From Eledone cirrhosa (Eukaryota), in contig OZ024744.1 in NCBI GenBank assembly GCA_964016885.1, positions 9,548,001 through 9,612,000 of the forward strand: a DNA stretch of 64,000 nucleotides, written 5' to 3'. Made by a program: the position numbers and the translations under genes. The notes under the pieces are model-generated. The model did no database searches. It worked only from the letters and a program-made list of their open reading frames with translations, and had not been told where the DNA came from. Each line of letters opens with the position of its first letter. The first letter of the stretch is position 1. This document shows positions 31,934-44,000 of the stretch, piece by piece.

Positions 31934-32310
31934 ACTTTATAGTAGGAGAGGGTGGGGGCATATTGTCTGTATGCTTCAGCTTTGGCTTGTACCCATGGGA
32001 AGTTGGGTCTTCTGTATTACTGCGTAGCACCAGAGGTCTCAGTCCTATGTCATCACCTTTGAGAGGTGCAATTGGGCACGGTCAGTTTTTATCACCTCAT
32101 CCCAAGTCTCCCTGAGTCTCCCCACTACAAGGCTACCATCGACTTTTAGTGCTCTGCACCTTTTTATGTAACTGTCATCCTTTATACACATCACATGTCC
32201 ATACCAACGCAATCTCCTCTCCTGCACACAACATTTGATTCCTCTTATGCTTAGTCTCTCGCAATTTGTTTATGCTTTGCCGTTGGCATATATTACTATT
32301 ACACATCCAT
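31934..32310 (-). mobile_element. RTE LINE fragment (ORF C-terminus plus part of the 3'UTR)
   Basis: QERRLRWYGHVM...GRLRETWDEVIKTD; ends ~16 nt before the exon C start. Confidence 0.9.
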
Positions 32311-32326
32311 CTTTCCCCAATTCCAG

Positions 32327-32448
32327 GACCAATTAATAGAGAAATGCGTCACCTCATTCAGAGCCTACAGAACCACAACCAGCAACTAAAAGGAGAAGCT
32401 GGTAGGTACAAACGTCGGCTGAAAGAAGCAAATGCTGAACTGAGCAAG
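32327..32448 (+). CDS. BRE1: Bre1 exon C, 122 nt, phase 1-0
   Basis: ttccag|GA CCA...AAG|gtaag; [41 protein letters not shown]. Confidence 0.95.
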
Positions 32449-32593
32449 GTAAGAAAAAAATTGTTGTGACATTGTAAAAAAAATCTTTAACCTTTTAGCA
32501 TTTAAAGCGGCCGCATCCGACCAGAATTCTCTCGCTTCTTTCTGTTCAAATTGGCTGTAATTGGCCACTCATATTTATGTTATTACAGCAACA

Positions 32594-33130
32594 TCATCAT
32601 CATCACCATACGTCCGCTTTTCCCTGCTTGCAAGGGTGGGACGGGTCCTATTCAGCACAACATCTCTCCATTTGTCACGGTCCTTCGTCATCTCTGTGAG
32701 TTTCAGCAATCTGAGGTCTGCTCTCACCTCCACCCATTTTTTTTGTGGCCTTCCTCTACTGTGTATTCCTTCTACTGGGATTTCTTGGTACATCTTTACC
32801 CAGCGGTAATCCTCCATGCACATCACATGTCCATACTATCTCAGTCTTCTCTCCTGCACACCACAACTTATCCCTCTTATACCCAGTTTCTCTCTCAACT
32901 CATCTATGCTTGGTCGTTCACGTACATTGACATTGCACATCCAACGGAGCATACTTGCTTCATTTCTCTCCAGCCATCACATATCCTCTGCAGTTGCTGG
33001 CCATGTCTCACTACCATGCAGCATCGCGCATCTCACACAGGCATCATAACCATCCTTTCGTACGCAGGGAGAAACCCTTCTTTGTCAACAGAAGAAGCAG
33101 CTCCCTAAACTTCTTCCAACCCTTCTTTAT
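32594..33130 (-). mobile_element. 5'-truncated RTE LINE inside a piggyBac-type MITE whose left end is at 32491
   Basis: (CAT)n tail; GRPQKKWVEVRADL; TTAA|CCTTTTAGCATT terminus upstream. Confidence 0.85.
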
Positions 33131-33189
33131 TCTAAATACTATAATATTTTCTTAGTAAAGGCTTTAGCTTACATAGTTGTCTTACATAA

Positions 33190-35006
33190 TCTGTATATGT
33201 ATAAAGACAAAGTTTTCTGTATGTGTGTGTGTATGTGAGTGTGGAATGAGGGCTCATTCGTGGCTGTTCATTAAATAGATTCACTTCTTTAAAATTTCTG
33301 AAATGTCAACACTTCCGGTTGGCCATCGCTTAAATAAACATACTAGGGCTTCTCCTTGCACAAAACCTGTACATGATCTACAAAGGCTTTCAAAAATCGA
33401 TATTGGGGCCTTTGGAGACATTAAAAAAGTTTTGGTTATTTGTGTGAATTTTTGTGATTAAGTAAGACAAGAGTTATCTTTCGTAATTCGGCTCATTCGG
33501 ATTTTAATTTACTCTTTCTACTTGAAACAAAAAGTACACTTCCTTGAGACTAACAATATCATTTTGTATATTTCACAACCAGCAATTTCTAACAGATTAC
33601 TAAGTTAAGTTATAGATTTGACATTGTATAATTTATCGTTTCAAGCTTGATGTTCATACATTAAGTGATGTCACAACTTTTACAATATTATGCCTTGTAT
33701 ATAATAGTGTCTATTATTCACTTCACTTCTCTATTTCATGATGCGCTTTTACTGTTGTCAAAAAAGACACCAAGCTCACATATTAATTATTTCGCTGGAA
33801 TAGTGCCTAAGGTTTTCATGCTTACATAAAGTACGTTTTTCTTCTATGTATTCAAATTTACTTTGTTTAGTTTAACCCTTTAGCATTCGCATTAATTTTC
33901 AAATGTCTTGCTTATCTGTTCACATTATTTTGAGTTAATCATACTCAAGAGTGTTATCAATTTTATTTGTTTGTAATTTTCTTAATTTTCTATGTGCAGG
34001 CTTGAAATTTTGTCAGTATATGTTTAAATATCAATAATTTACAATTATATAATTTTACCTGATTTTTTTTGGTTAAATTTGACTTTTATGGGCAGGTGAA
34101 ATTAATTAATAGAGGCATTTGAAGTATCAACCAGGTGCAAATACTGGTTTAATTTTAAATACGCTGTTTTCGGCATAATATTTGATATATAAGAATCACT
34201 AAACCTTATATCAGTGCTCCAGTAATTCAACAGTCTTGGAAATTGTTTTATACCGAACATAATATTTACGGTAAAAAATGCTTGCATTTCCACAGCATCT
34301 GTCGGTCGTCAAACAGATCGGGTTTTCCTCGATTTGAAATCTGTTGTTGGGCATATCGATTAATCTTTTCTGCCACAACTTCGAAGGAAGTTTGTGGTAA
34401 AAACAAAAAGAAATAATCCAGTGCTTTATCATCGGGAGCTAATGTGTTGTGGACCAGTATTTTGAATAAAATCGGGAACATATATTGGTGTGGTATTTTT
34501 CAACCACGTTGCTGTAATATTTTCAATGGCGCCCTGGAGATCTCCTTCGTTTTCACTTTCAAAACAATCATCGTCGGATGAAATTTCAGAAATACAAACA
34601 TCAGATTCATTTGAAGATAAATCACAAATATTATCTTTTGTTTCTTGTTCATTCTGAATGTTGTCGTGTGTAAAACCTTCAAAGTCGGTATCGCTTCATA
34701 AGCCATGTTGATACACAAAAAAAATCTGTTGTACTTTCAAAGTTAAAAAAACACATGTTGTTTTAAGTTGTTTCACTATATTAAGTGTTAATTTTCACGG
34801 TAAGGGTCTCGCAGTAGTCTCGTATTGACGAGATTTTGATGGTTTGCTTATTTTTAGAACGATATTTTAGTGTGGGTGTTATCGGGCGATTTCGGGCAGT
34901 TTGAACAAATGAAGGGGAAATAATTTCGGGCGGTTTGAACACTAAAGGGTTAATGAGCTACATTGAAAGCTACTTGAACCGTCCAAAGGACGGATAGTTT
35001 AACTAG
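33190..35006 (+). mobile_element. Helitron-like element hosting a piggyBac insertion
   Basis: A|TCTGTATATGTATAAAG start, (TG)n tract, hairpin CCGTCC-aaa-GGACGG, then CTAG|T. Confidence 0.55.
33876..34949 (-). mobile_element. Internally deleted piggyBac transposon with frameshifted PGBD-like transposase remnant
   Basis: TTAA on both sides; imperfect TIRs CCCTTTAGCATTC / GAACACTAAAGGG; remnants DYFFLFLP, INRYAQQ, EMQAFF, YWSTD, YLHLVD. Confidence 0.9.
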
Positions 35007-35370
35007 TATATCTATATATAATATAAAAGAAAGGTGTTTATTGGTTGAATCACATGAAAACTACACACACACAAATGCATATCACATCTAAAGAGAGAGA
35101 GACAGAAGGAGAGTGATAGGCCGTCCTTATTTTAGATACTATGGCCTCAGAGCACCCTCCTCCCATGCTAATCTGATCATCTAGGAGCCGGAAGCTATCA
35201 ACCACTTCTATAGAACCCACCTGCATTTGAAAAATATGTCTATCAATGCAACTTCTACTGTCAAATTTCATGGATAAGCATGATAAACATGACATTTGAC
35301 AAATTAATGTGAATGTTATAGGGTTAAAAGGAAATAATTGAATGTTATTGTACTGTATTATTTACTCCAG

Positions 35371-35609
35371 TTGAAGTCAGAAGGAGCTACACAGGAGGCC
35401 ACCAAAGATGAAGCATCAATGTCATCATCTTCCGGAACAACAACAGCGGGAAGTAGCAGTACTGGAACAGCAGCTGTGTATGTACCCCCGAAAACAGAGG
35501 CAGAACCTGTGGTTCTGAAGAGGTCTGAGGAGGAAGAAAAGGATTTTGAGTTGAAGGACAAAAGTCGTTCAGAGTCGGAGATTATCAAAGATTTACGAGC
35601 TCAGTTAAA
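35371..35609 (+). CDS. BRE1: Bre1 exon D, 239 nt, phase 0-2 (low-complexity linker)
   Basis: ctccag|TTG...TTAAA|gtaag; ends ESEIIKDLRAQLK; phases fit exons C and E. Confidence 0.92.
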
Positions 35610-35667
35610 GTAAGTTTATATGTATGTGTGTGTGTATATATCTTTTTCTCTTAATTTTGAGTACATT

Positions 35668-36495
35668 TTTGACCGACCACCTTCCTGGTGGCAAGGTTGT
35701 AAAAGAAAAGAAATTGTCATCCCTTGAATCACTCCTGTACAAAGCTTGCACTGTCCTCACAAGCCATTCTTCTACACCTAGTTTCCTTAGGGACCACCAG
35801 ATGACAGATCTGGGTACCTATCAAAGGCCTTCTCTAGGTCAACAAAAGCTAAGTATAGTGGCTTATTCTTCTCTAAGAACCTCTCTTGTAATTGTCTCAC
35901 TAAGAAGAGGGCATCTGTTGTACTCTTCCCAGGCACAAAACCAAACTGCATCTCATCTAGTTTGACTTTTTCTCTAATTAGTTGTGCTAATATCCTTTCT
36001 GCCACTTTCATAACCTGATCCATCAGTTTTATACCCCTATAATTGCTCCTCTCCAGAGCATCCTCTTTACCTTTGTAGCAATTTATAAGGATACTGTTGC
36101 ATCTATCTTTGAGTATGACTCCACCATATATAGCTTGATTGATGATGTGTGCAACCAGTTTAGTTCCTACTTCTCCTGATGCCTTCAGTATCTCAGCAAC
36201 TATGTCTGATGCTCCAGCAGCCTTACCATTTTTCATTTCCTAAATTGCCTCTTTGACACTATAGTCTTCAATCTCAATAGCTGGTCCCTCTGTTGGGGGT
36301 AGTTTCTCTCTCCCATTCATTCTCCACATTCATCAGTCTTTCATAATGACATTTCCAGGCCTCGTTTTTCTGTCATTAGTGACACTAAGTACACCGGCAT
36401 CATTCCAGACACATTTGTCTTCAACAACACCGCGATTTACACTGACACACTGCCTTGCAGTGTGGAACACCGCATGTCTCTGATCTTCTTGTCTT
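35668..36495 (-). mobile_element. RTE LINE internal fragment (RT domain)
   Basis: KGKEDALERSNYRGIKL, QFGFVPGKSTTDA, AFVDLEKAFDR. Confidence 0.92.
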
Positions 36496-36508
36496 ATATA
36501 TATATATA

Positions 36509-37188
36509 CTAGCTGAGGTACCCGGCTTCACCTGGGAGAACAGTTTAGAGAAGACGGATAAAAGGGAAAATGACTATTGGATGTGTTGTCTGGTATGAGG
36601 TGAGACCGTAATGTGTGTGTGAGAGAGACATAGAAAGAAAACAACCATAAAACTTCCTTATTAGGCTGGGGGACTAAACTGCCAATTAAATGGTAGCATT
36701 GCCTTGGATTTTAAATGTGAAATAATCATAGTCAGTATGATCTTTTTCAGTTCCAAAGGACATCATCTAAAACACAGCAATATACCACATAACATTGCTT
36801 CTGAAGTGTTTAGCTTTGTTAATAAGGACTGTAAGTAGTATATGGATAAAAGCTGGAGGGTAGATTAATTTCAAATAGTATCAATTTTTCTTTGTTCTGT
36901 AAAACCAAAGACTGTAAAACTACTTTATAAAAGGTAACGTGATATTGTTAAACCATCCAATACATCAAAGGATCTCTAGTTTAAGCCGTTTCTAGACTTT
37001 CGTGGGACGTCTCTCTCTCTCTTGCTGAATATCTAACACTTTAATTGTATCTCTCTCTGTATAACGGCCTATCTCTCTCTTTCTGACTCTCCCTTTGTGT
37101 CTCTCTCTCTTTAGATGTGTGTGTAGTTTTCATCAGATTCAATCAACCAACCAACCAATAAACACCTTTCTTTTATATTATATATAGA
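36509..37188 (-). mobile_element. Complete non-autonomous Helitron-like element, family 1 (~680 bp)
   Basis: Minus-strand TCTATATATAATATAAAAG start, GC hairpin, CTAG end, AT target; related 5' ends at 35011, ~37545 and ~39905. Confidence 0.75.
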
Positions 37189-37244
37189 TATTATGTAAGA
37201 TAACTATGTAAACTAAAGCCTTTACTAAGAAAATATTATAGTAT

Positions 37245-37480
37245 CTAGAATAAAGATGGGGTGGAAGAAGTTTAGGGAGCTGCTTCCTCTGCTGGCAAAG
37301 AAGAGTTTCTCCCTGCGTACGAAAGGCCGGTTATATGATGCCTGTGTGAGATGAGCAATGTTGCACAGTAGTGAGACTTGGGCAGCAACTGCAGAGGATA
37401 TGTTACGGCTGGAGAGAAATGAAGCAAGCATGCTCCGTTGGATGTGCAATGTCAATGTGCGTGAACGACCCAGCATGGAC
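37245..37480 (+). mobile_element. RTE LINE fragment
   Basis: GWKKFRELLPLL...LYDACVR...SETW...RNEASMLRWMC; inverted homologue of 32905-33130. Confidence 0.85.
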
Positions 37481-37547
37481 GTTCCTTAGATGTGTGTAGT
37501 TTTTGTGTCATTCAACCAACTAATAAACATCTTTCTTTTATATTATA

Positions 37548-38175
37548 CTAGCAGTGGTACCCGGCGTTGCACGGGATAAGGTATTTTGGAACGCGGGCCA
37601 CCAACAGACCTAATCGTGGAAAAACTGCATGCCTGGACAATATATAAAGAAAATAAATCGAATACTCTGATGGCTGGATAATCTTTAAGATTTTCCTCGA
37701 TGAAGCAGGAAAAATGCAGGTTTTCACCTAATGCGGGCCCTAGGGGATCAAGAAAATGAATTTTTTTTGTGCATAATATGCCTTGAAATTTCGGGAAAAT
37801 CGGCTAGACGTAACGCCTCAAAAAAGCCCTAAAAAGCTGAAAAAATGAAGTTTTTCACCTAATGCGGGCCCTAGGCCATAAAAAAGTTGGATTATCTTTG
37901 CTCACGGTATGGATCTTTGTTGGATTATCTTTGCTCACGGAAGAAGAGACTAACTAATACATAGTTACAATTTCAAAGACTTCGGTCTGACGTAACGCCT
38001 CAAAAAAACCCTAAAAAGCTGAAAAAACGCAATTTTTCACCTAATGCGGGCCCTAATAACACTCCCTGAAACATAAGTAATACACATGTAAAGTTTGAAA
38101 AAAATCGGGTGGGTACTTCTCGAGTTTTAGGGATTCAAACTCACAGACAGACATCCTCAGTTTTTTATATATAGA
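37548..38175 (-). mobile_element. Non-autonomous Helitron-like element, family 2 (~630 bp)
   Basis: CTAG end with hairpin CCCGGCGTTGCACGGG; TCTATATAT start; internal repeats TTTTCACCTAATGCGGGCCCTA x3; partial copies at 38960-39160 and 40575-40710. Confidence 0.7.
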
Positions 38176-38311
38176 TAACGTTACAAATGGGAGTGAAAAT
38201 ATAAACACATATGATATATACAAAGCATATAAATAAATTTACAGTAGAATAACATAAATGTGTTTTAAATATATACATAGCACTACAAATGCTTAAATAA
38301 CATTATAAATT

Positions 38312-38871
38312 GAAGGGGTGAACAACCGAGCCAACACTAATGATTTTTGAGGCAAGCCAGCACACTGGCAGTGTTACCTCAGGATATGGTGAGGCTGAGG
38401 TGCTGGAACACCCAAGCGCCCTCACAAGATTCGCCAGTTACCTCTATTAGGCGAGGCTGAGGTGCTGGAACAACCAAGCGCCCTCGCAAGATTCGCCAGT
38501 TACCTCTATTTGGCGAGGCTGAGGTGCTGGAACACCCAAGCGCCCTCGCAAGATTCGCCAGTTACCTCTATTAGGCGAGGCTGAGGTGCTGGAACAACCA
38601 AGCGCCCTCGCAAGATTCGCCAGTTACCTTTATTAGGTGAGGCTGAGGTGCTGGAACAACCAAGCGCCCTCGCGAGATTCGCCAGTTACCTTTATTAGGT
38701 GAGGCTGAGGTGCTGGAACAACCAAGCGCCCTTGCAAGATTCGCCTCTATTAAGCAAGCCGCCAGTGAAGAGAGGAACCTCGCAGTCAGCGGCCCAACTC
38801 CCCACAGGCTGAAAAATGTACCCCTCGCTGCTGTCTTTTGCTCTGGTGTTGGCTCAGTTGTTCACCCCTTC
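38312..38871. mobile_element. Unclassified element with 26-bp inverted repeats enclosing six 62-bp tandem units
   Basis: GAAGGGGTGAACAACCGAGCCAACAC at 38312-38337 and its reverse complement (1 mismatch) at 38846-38871; units start at 38391, 38453, 38515, 38577, 38639, 38701. Confidence 0.75.
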
Positions 38872-39161
38872 CTTTGTATTTTCATAAATAAATTGTGACA
38901 GTTTTTCAAAGCTAGAAATCAAATAGAGATATTTTTATACACGAACAGAGAACGGAATAAAGCTTGTTTTTCTCCTAATGTGGGCCCTAGGGGATAAAAA
39001 AGTTGAATTTTATGTGCATAACACTCCCTGAAACATAAGTAATACACGTGTAAAGTTTGAAGAAAATCGGTTAGGTACTTCTCGAGTTTTAGGGATTCAA
39101 ACTCACAGACACACACACACACAAGCACACACACACGGAGAGACATCCTCAGTTTTATATA

Positions 39162-39902
39162 CAGGGTGTGGACGATATTTATTCACAAGATTACTGTCTA
39201 TGAAAAAATAACACAGTAGTTTTATTTTTTAAGATATATTTATCAAACTTGGGTCAGTTTGTCTTCATGACTTGTTCTTTCGATCTCACTCGACAAACCC
39301 GCCATTGGCTTTGATGACAGCCTCAAGGCGGCCTCGGAACCGGCTACAGGCCTTCGTCACTGTACCCCGACTTAGGCCCCTAAAGGCACTTGTGATCTTG
39401 GCCTTCAAATCGTCTTTCGTATTGCAGCTAGATCTGTTGGTGTCTCGTTCCACTGCGCCCCACACAAAGAAGTCGAAGGGTTTGCAGTCAGGCGAGCTGG
39501 GAGGCCAGATGTCAGGTGAAGTGTGGTCGATGAAGTTCTCTGACAGCCAGGCTTGGGTCTTTCGGCTGGTATGGCAGGGCGCTGAGTCTTGCTGCCACAT
39601 GTACGACCTACCTGCAGCTACCTGGTCGATCCAGGGCTTTACTACCTCGCTCAGAACGCGGATGTAGCCATCGGTGTTCAGCTTGAGGCCCTCAGGGAAG
39701 AAGTGAGGTGGCATGACGTCACCTTGACTCCGTGTCTCTTCCACAAATTTGGAGGTTCAAAATTATTCATAATCAATTATTCTGAAAATAAATAATGGAA
39801 ATATAGTCACTGTTTTTATGAACACAAGAGTGACAACGGAAGTAAAAAAAATTGCATTAAATTAACAGTTGAAAATTGCGAACAAATATCGTCCACACCC
39901 TT
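39162..39902 (-). mobile_element. Tc1/mariner DD37D (maT) deletion derivative
   Basis: TA on both sides; TIR CAGGGTGTGGACGATATTT; WQQDSAPCH...WPPSSPDCKPFD with 37 residues between the last two catalytic Asp. Confidence 0.92.
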
Positions 39903-39904
39903 TA

Positions 39905-40518
39905 TATAGATAAAAGAAGGGTGTTTACTGGTTAATTGGCTTGTAGAATTACACTAAAACTACAGACACATCTAAGGAGAGGGAGAGGCAGAAAGAGAGA
40001 GATAGGCCATTATACAGAGAGAGATACAATTAAAGTGTTAGATATTCAGCAAGAGAGAGAGAGACGTCCCACGAAAGTCTAGAAACGGCTTAAACTAGAG
40101 ATCCTTTGATGTATTGGATGGTTTAACAATATCACGTTACCTTTTATAAAGTAGTTTTACAGTCTTTGGTTTTACAGAACAAACCAAAGAAAAATTGATA
40201 CTATTTGAAATTAATCTACCCTCCAGCTTTTATCCATATACTACTTACAGTCCTTATTAACAAAGCTAAACACTTCAGAAGCAATGTTATGTGGTATATT
40301 GCTGTGTTTTAGATGATGTCCTTTGGAACTGAAAAAGATCATACTGACTATGATTATTTCACATTTAAAATCCAAGGCAATGCTACCATTTAATCGGCAG
40401 TTTAGTCCCCCAGCCTAATAAGGAAGTTTTATGGTTGTTTTCTTTCTATGTCTCTCTCACACACACACATTACGGTCTCACCTCATACCAGACAACACAT
40501 CCAATAGTCATTTTCCCT
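39905..40518 (+). mobile_element. Helitron-like family 1 copy, inverted relative to 36509-37188
   Basis: 40000-40518 is the near-exact reverse complement of 36563-37080. Confidence 0.85.
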
Positions 40519-40972
40519 ACTTACAGTCCTTACTAACAAAGCAACATTTCAGGAGCAATGTTATGTGGTATATTTTTATGTGCATAACACTCCCTGAAAC
40601 ATAAGTAATACACATGTAAAGTTTGAAAAAATCTGTTGGGTACTTCTTGAGTTTTAGGGATTCAAACTCACAGACACACACAGACAGACATCCTCAGTTT
40701 TATATTTATAGTTATACATATTATTGTATCATTTGAAACAAACCATTAACCCATTAGTGTTAAAACCGGCCAGAATTCTCTACCTCTTTCTGTTGAAACT
40801 GGCTGTAACTGGTCGCTCAAACTGATGTTAAGATATTGTTTTCAAAATCTCATAGATTCGATATTACGTGAGATAAAGCCTTTACCATGAAAATATAATA
40901 GTATATATAGAGTAATGTAAATGTTATGAGATATTATTTGAGGTAAAACCTTTACTGTGAAAATACATTAGT

Positions 40973-40974
<2 letters not shown>

Positions 40975-41005
<31 letters not shown>

Positions 41006-44000
41006 GTTTAACGTCCTTCTTCCATGCTTGCATGGGTTTGGACGGGAATTTTCCCACTTGAGGCAAGATTGGTTGTCTTGCTCGCATAGGACTGTCTGGC
41101 GGGTTTTCTACGGCTGGATGCCCTTCCTAACACCAACCACGTTTACAGTGTGGACTGGGAGGTTTTTACCGTGTTGCCTACACGGCCACATTACAGCGTG
41201 GACTGTGTGTTTTTTTTGTCGTGACACCTACACAACCTCATTTATTTCGGACTGGATGTTGTGGAACCAACATAACTTTACATTTAAGGAGGTGGTGGGG
41301 GTGGGGTGGGGTGTATTTTTGTTAGAGGTGCCTACTGACTAGGTTTCGCTTTGTACTTAGGCAAGGCCTGTCTTCTGTATTACAGTGTAACGCCAAAGAT
41401 CTCGGTCCAGTGACATTGTCTTGGAGAGGTGTAAGTGTGTGAGGTCGGAATTTATCAAGTCGTCCCAGGTTTTTCTGGGTCTGCCTACTCCGTCTCTTTT
41501 TATTGCCCTGCACTTTTTTATACAGCTGTCGTCTTTCATGTGCATCACGTGACCATACCAACGTAGTCTTCTCTCGAGTAAACAACATCTGATTCCTCTT
41601 ATTCCTAATTTCTCCCTTAGTTCGTTTACGCTTTGCCGTTCACATATATTACTATTACACATCTAACGGAGCATGCAAGCTTTGTTCCTCTCCAGTCTAC
41701 GTATATCCTCTGCACACAATGCCCAAGTCTCACTGCCATGTAACATTGCTGTTCGTATGCAGGCATCATACAGCCTGCCTTTCATTTTTAGAGAGAACCC
41801 TTTAGCGGCCAATAGTGGTATAAACTCTCTGAACTTTTTCCATCCAGTTCTGACTCTAGCTACTGTACTTTCAGAGCACCCTCCCCTACTGCTGATTTTG
41901 TCACCCAAGTAACGGAAGATGTCCACTATTTCTATAGAACCATCTGTGCAATGGAATGAGTTAGTATTCTGTGGGCACTTGCTGCTACTTATTGCACCTG
42001 AGCATCGGCCACATATAAAATCTATATTCTTAGTTAGCTTACCTTTGATCCCACTACATCTTTTATGCACCCATACTTTGCATTTGGGACATAAATTGGA
42101 GTTTCTGCCTACTCCTTTCTTACACACTGAGCATGGCCATTTCTCAGATGGGACCGGTGCCCTGTTTTCCTTCCTACAAACTAGAACTTTAGTCTTAGAC
42201 AGGTTTTAAGGCCTTTTGATTCTAGGCCATGCTTCCATGTTTCGAATTTCTTCTCTAGTTCAGCCATTGATTCAGCTATGAGCGTTAGATCATCTGCGTA
42301 TAGGAGTTCCCATGGGGAGCCGGTCTTGAACTCCTTTCTTATAGCCTGAAGGGCAATAATAAATAGTAGGGGGCTAAGGATGGAGCCCTGATGAACACCA
42401 ACTAAACTCTTCATTATATTCGTTGTTAATTCTAACCTTGCTGACTGTTTCTTTACACATGGCTTGTATAGCTCTCACAAGCCATTCATCAACACCTATT
42501 TTTCTAAGGGCCCACCAGATAATCGAGCGGGGTACTCTGTCAAAGGCTTTGTCCAAGTCAACAAAAGCTAAGTATAGGGGTTTACTTTTAGCTAGGTACT
42601 TCTCCTGTAGTTGTCGTACAATGAAGAGAGCGTCTGTGGTACTTTTGCCTGACACAAACCCGAACTGCATTTCATCTAGATCAATTCGCTCTCTGATTAG
42701 TTGCGCTATTACTTTTTCTGTGACCTTCATGACCTGGTCAATTAATTTAATGCCTCTATAGTTTCCACTATCTAAGGCATCTCCTTTACCCTTGTAGTAG
42801 TTAATTATGATGCTGCTACGCCAGTCCTTCGGAACGACCTCAATCTGTATGACTGGTTTACTATCCAGGTGACCATAGTGTGTCCCACCCTTCCAGAAGC
42901 TTTCAGCATCTCAGCAACTATTTCCGAAGGCCCAGCCGCCTTGCCTGTCTTCATGTCTTTGATCGCCTTACTTATTACACTACCTTCAACTTGCACTGCT
43001 GGTCTCTCTATTGGATCGATGTGGGGGAGATTGTCTTTCTCCCAATTATTCTCCTCATAGTGGCACTTCCAAGCTACCTTCTTATCAGTGTCAGTGATGG
43101 CAAGTACGCCATCATCATTTAGTACACACTTCTCCCCGACAATATTACGGTTTTCCTTGACACATTGCCTAGCAATCCTGAACACCTCACGTTTTTGGTC
43201 CTCACGTTTTAGAACATGCTTGAACTTTCTTTCCTCTGCTTCCCTTCTTGCGAAGTACACTTGTCTCCTAGCTTCCCTCCTGGCCACTTGATAGTCTTCT
43301 CTACTTCCCCCATCCCGCCATGCTTTCCAAGCCTGCTTTTTGGCCATGATTGACTCCTCCACCTTACTGTTCCACCACCATGTTACTCTCCTCCTGCCTA
43401 CAGGCCTGCTCCAGCCACAGACTTCGTCTGCCGCCATCAGCAGGTTAGCTTTCAGGAATACCCACTGTTCCTCTATATTGTACGACTCTAATTGCTCTTC
43501 CTTACTGTCAAAAGCATCAAGTAATATGCTTTTAAATTTATTTCTGGCTGTGGGGTCCTTTAGCTTCCATATTTTTCTCCTGAGGATAGTCCTCTTCTGC
43601 TGTCGAGTATGTCTCGTCCTGACTATGAGGTCGCTAATTATCAGTCTATGTTGAGACGTGCATTCTTTATGGGGGGAGGGATTTAGTGTTTACAACAGAC
43701 ACTCTGTCACGTCTTCTGGTAAGGATATAATCTACCTGACTGGCATGTTCCCCTGATCTATAGGTGATCAAGCAAGTGATTGTCTCGTTTTTAGAAGTTA
43801 GTGTTACAGATAGTTAGGTTATTTGCGTCACAGAATTCCAGGATTCTGGAGCCTTCCTCATTTCTAGTACCAAACCCATAGCTTCCATGGATTCCGTCAT
43901 AGCCGTCACAATGTTGTCCAACGTGACCATTTAGGTCGCCAGCGATAACTATGTAGTCACTGTCGGTTATTTGGGAGGTCGTGAGCACGAACGTCCCATA

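Noticed and set aside
38391-38750. CRISPR-like array
   Set aside because: Units are contiguous with no unique spacers, no cas genes, and a eukaryotic context; the same holds for the other arrays.
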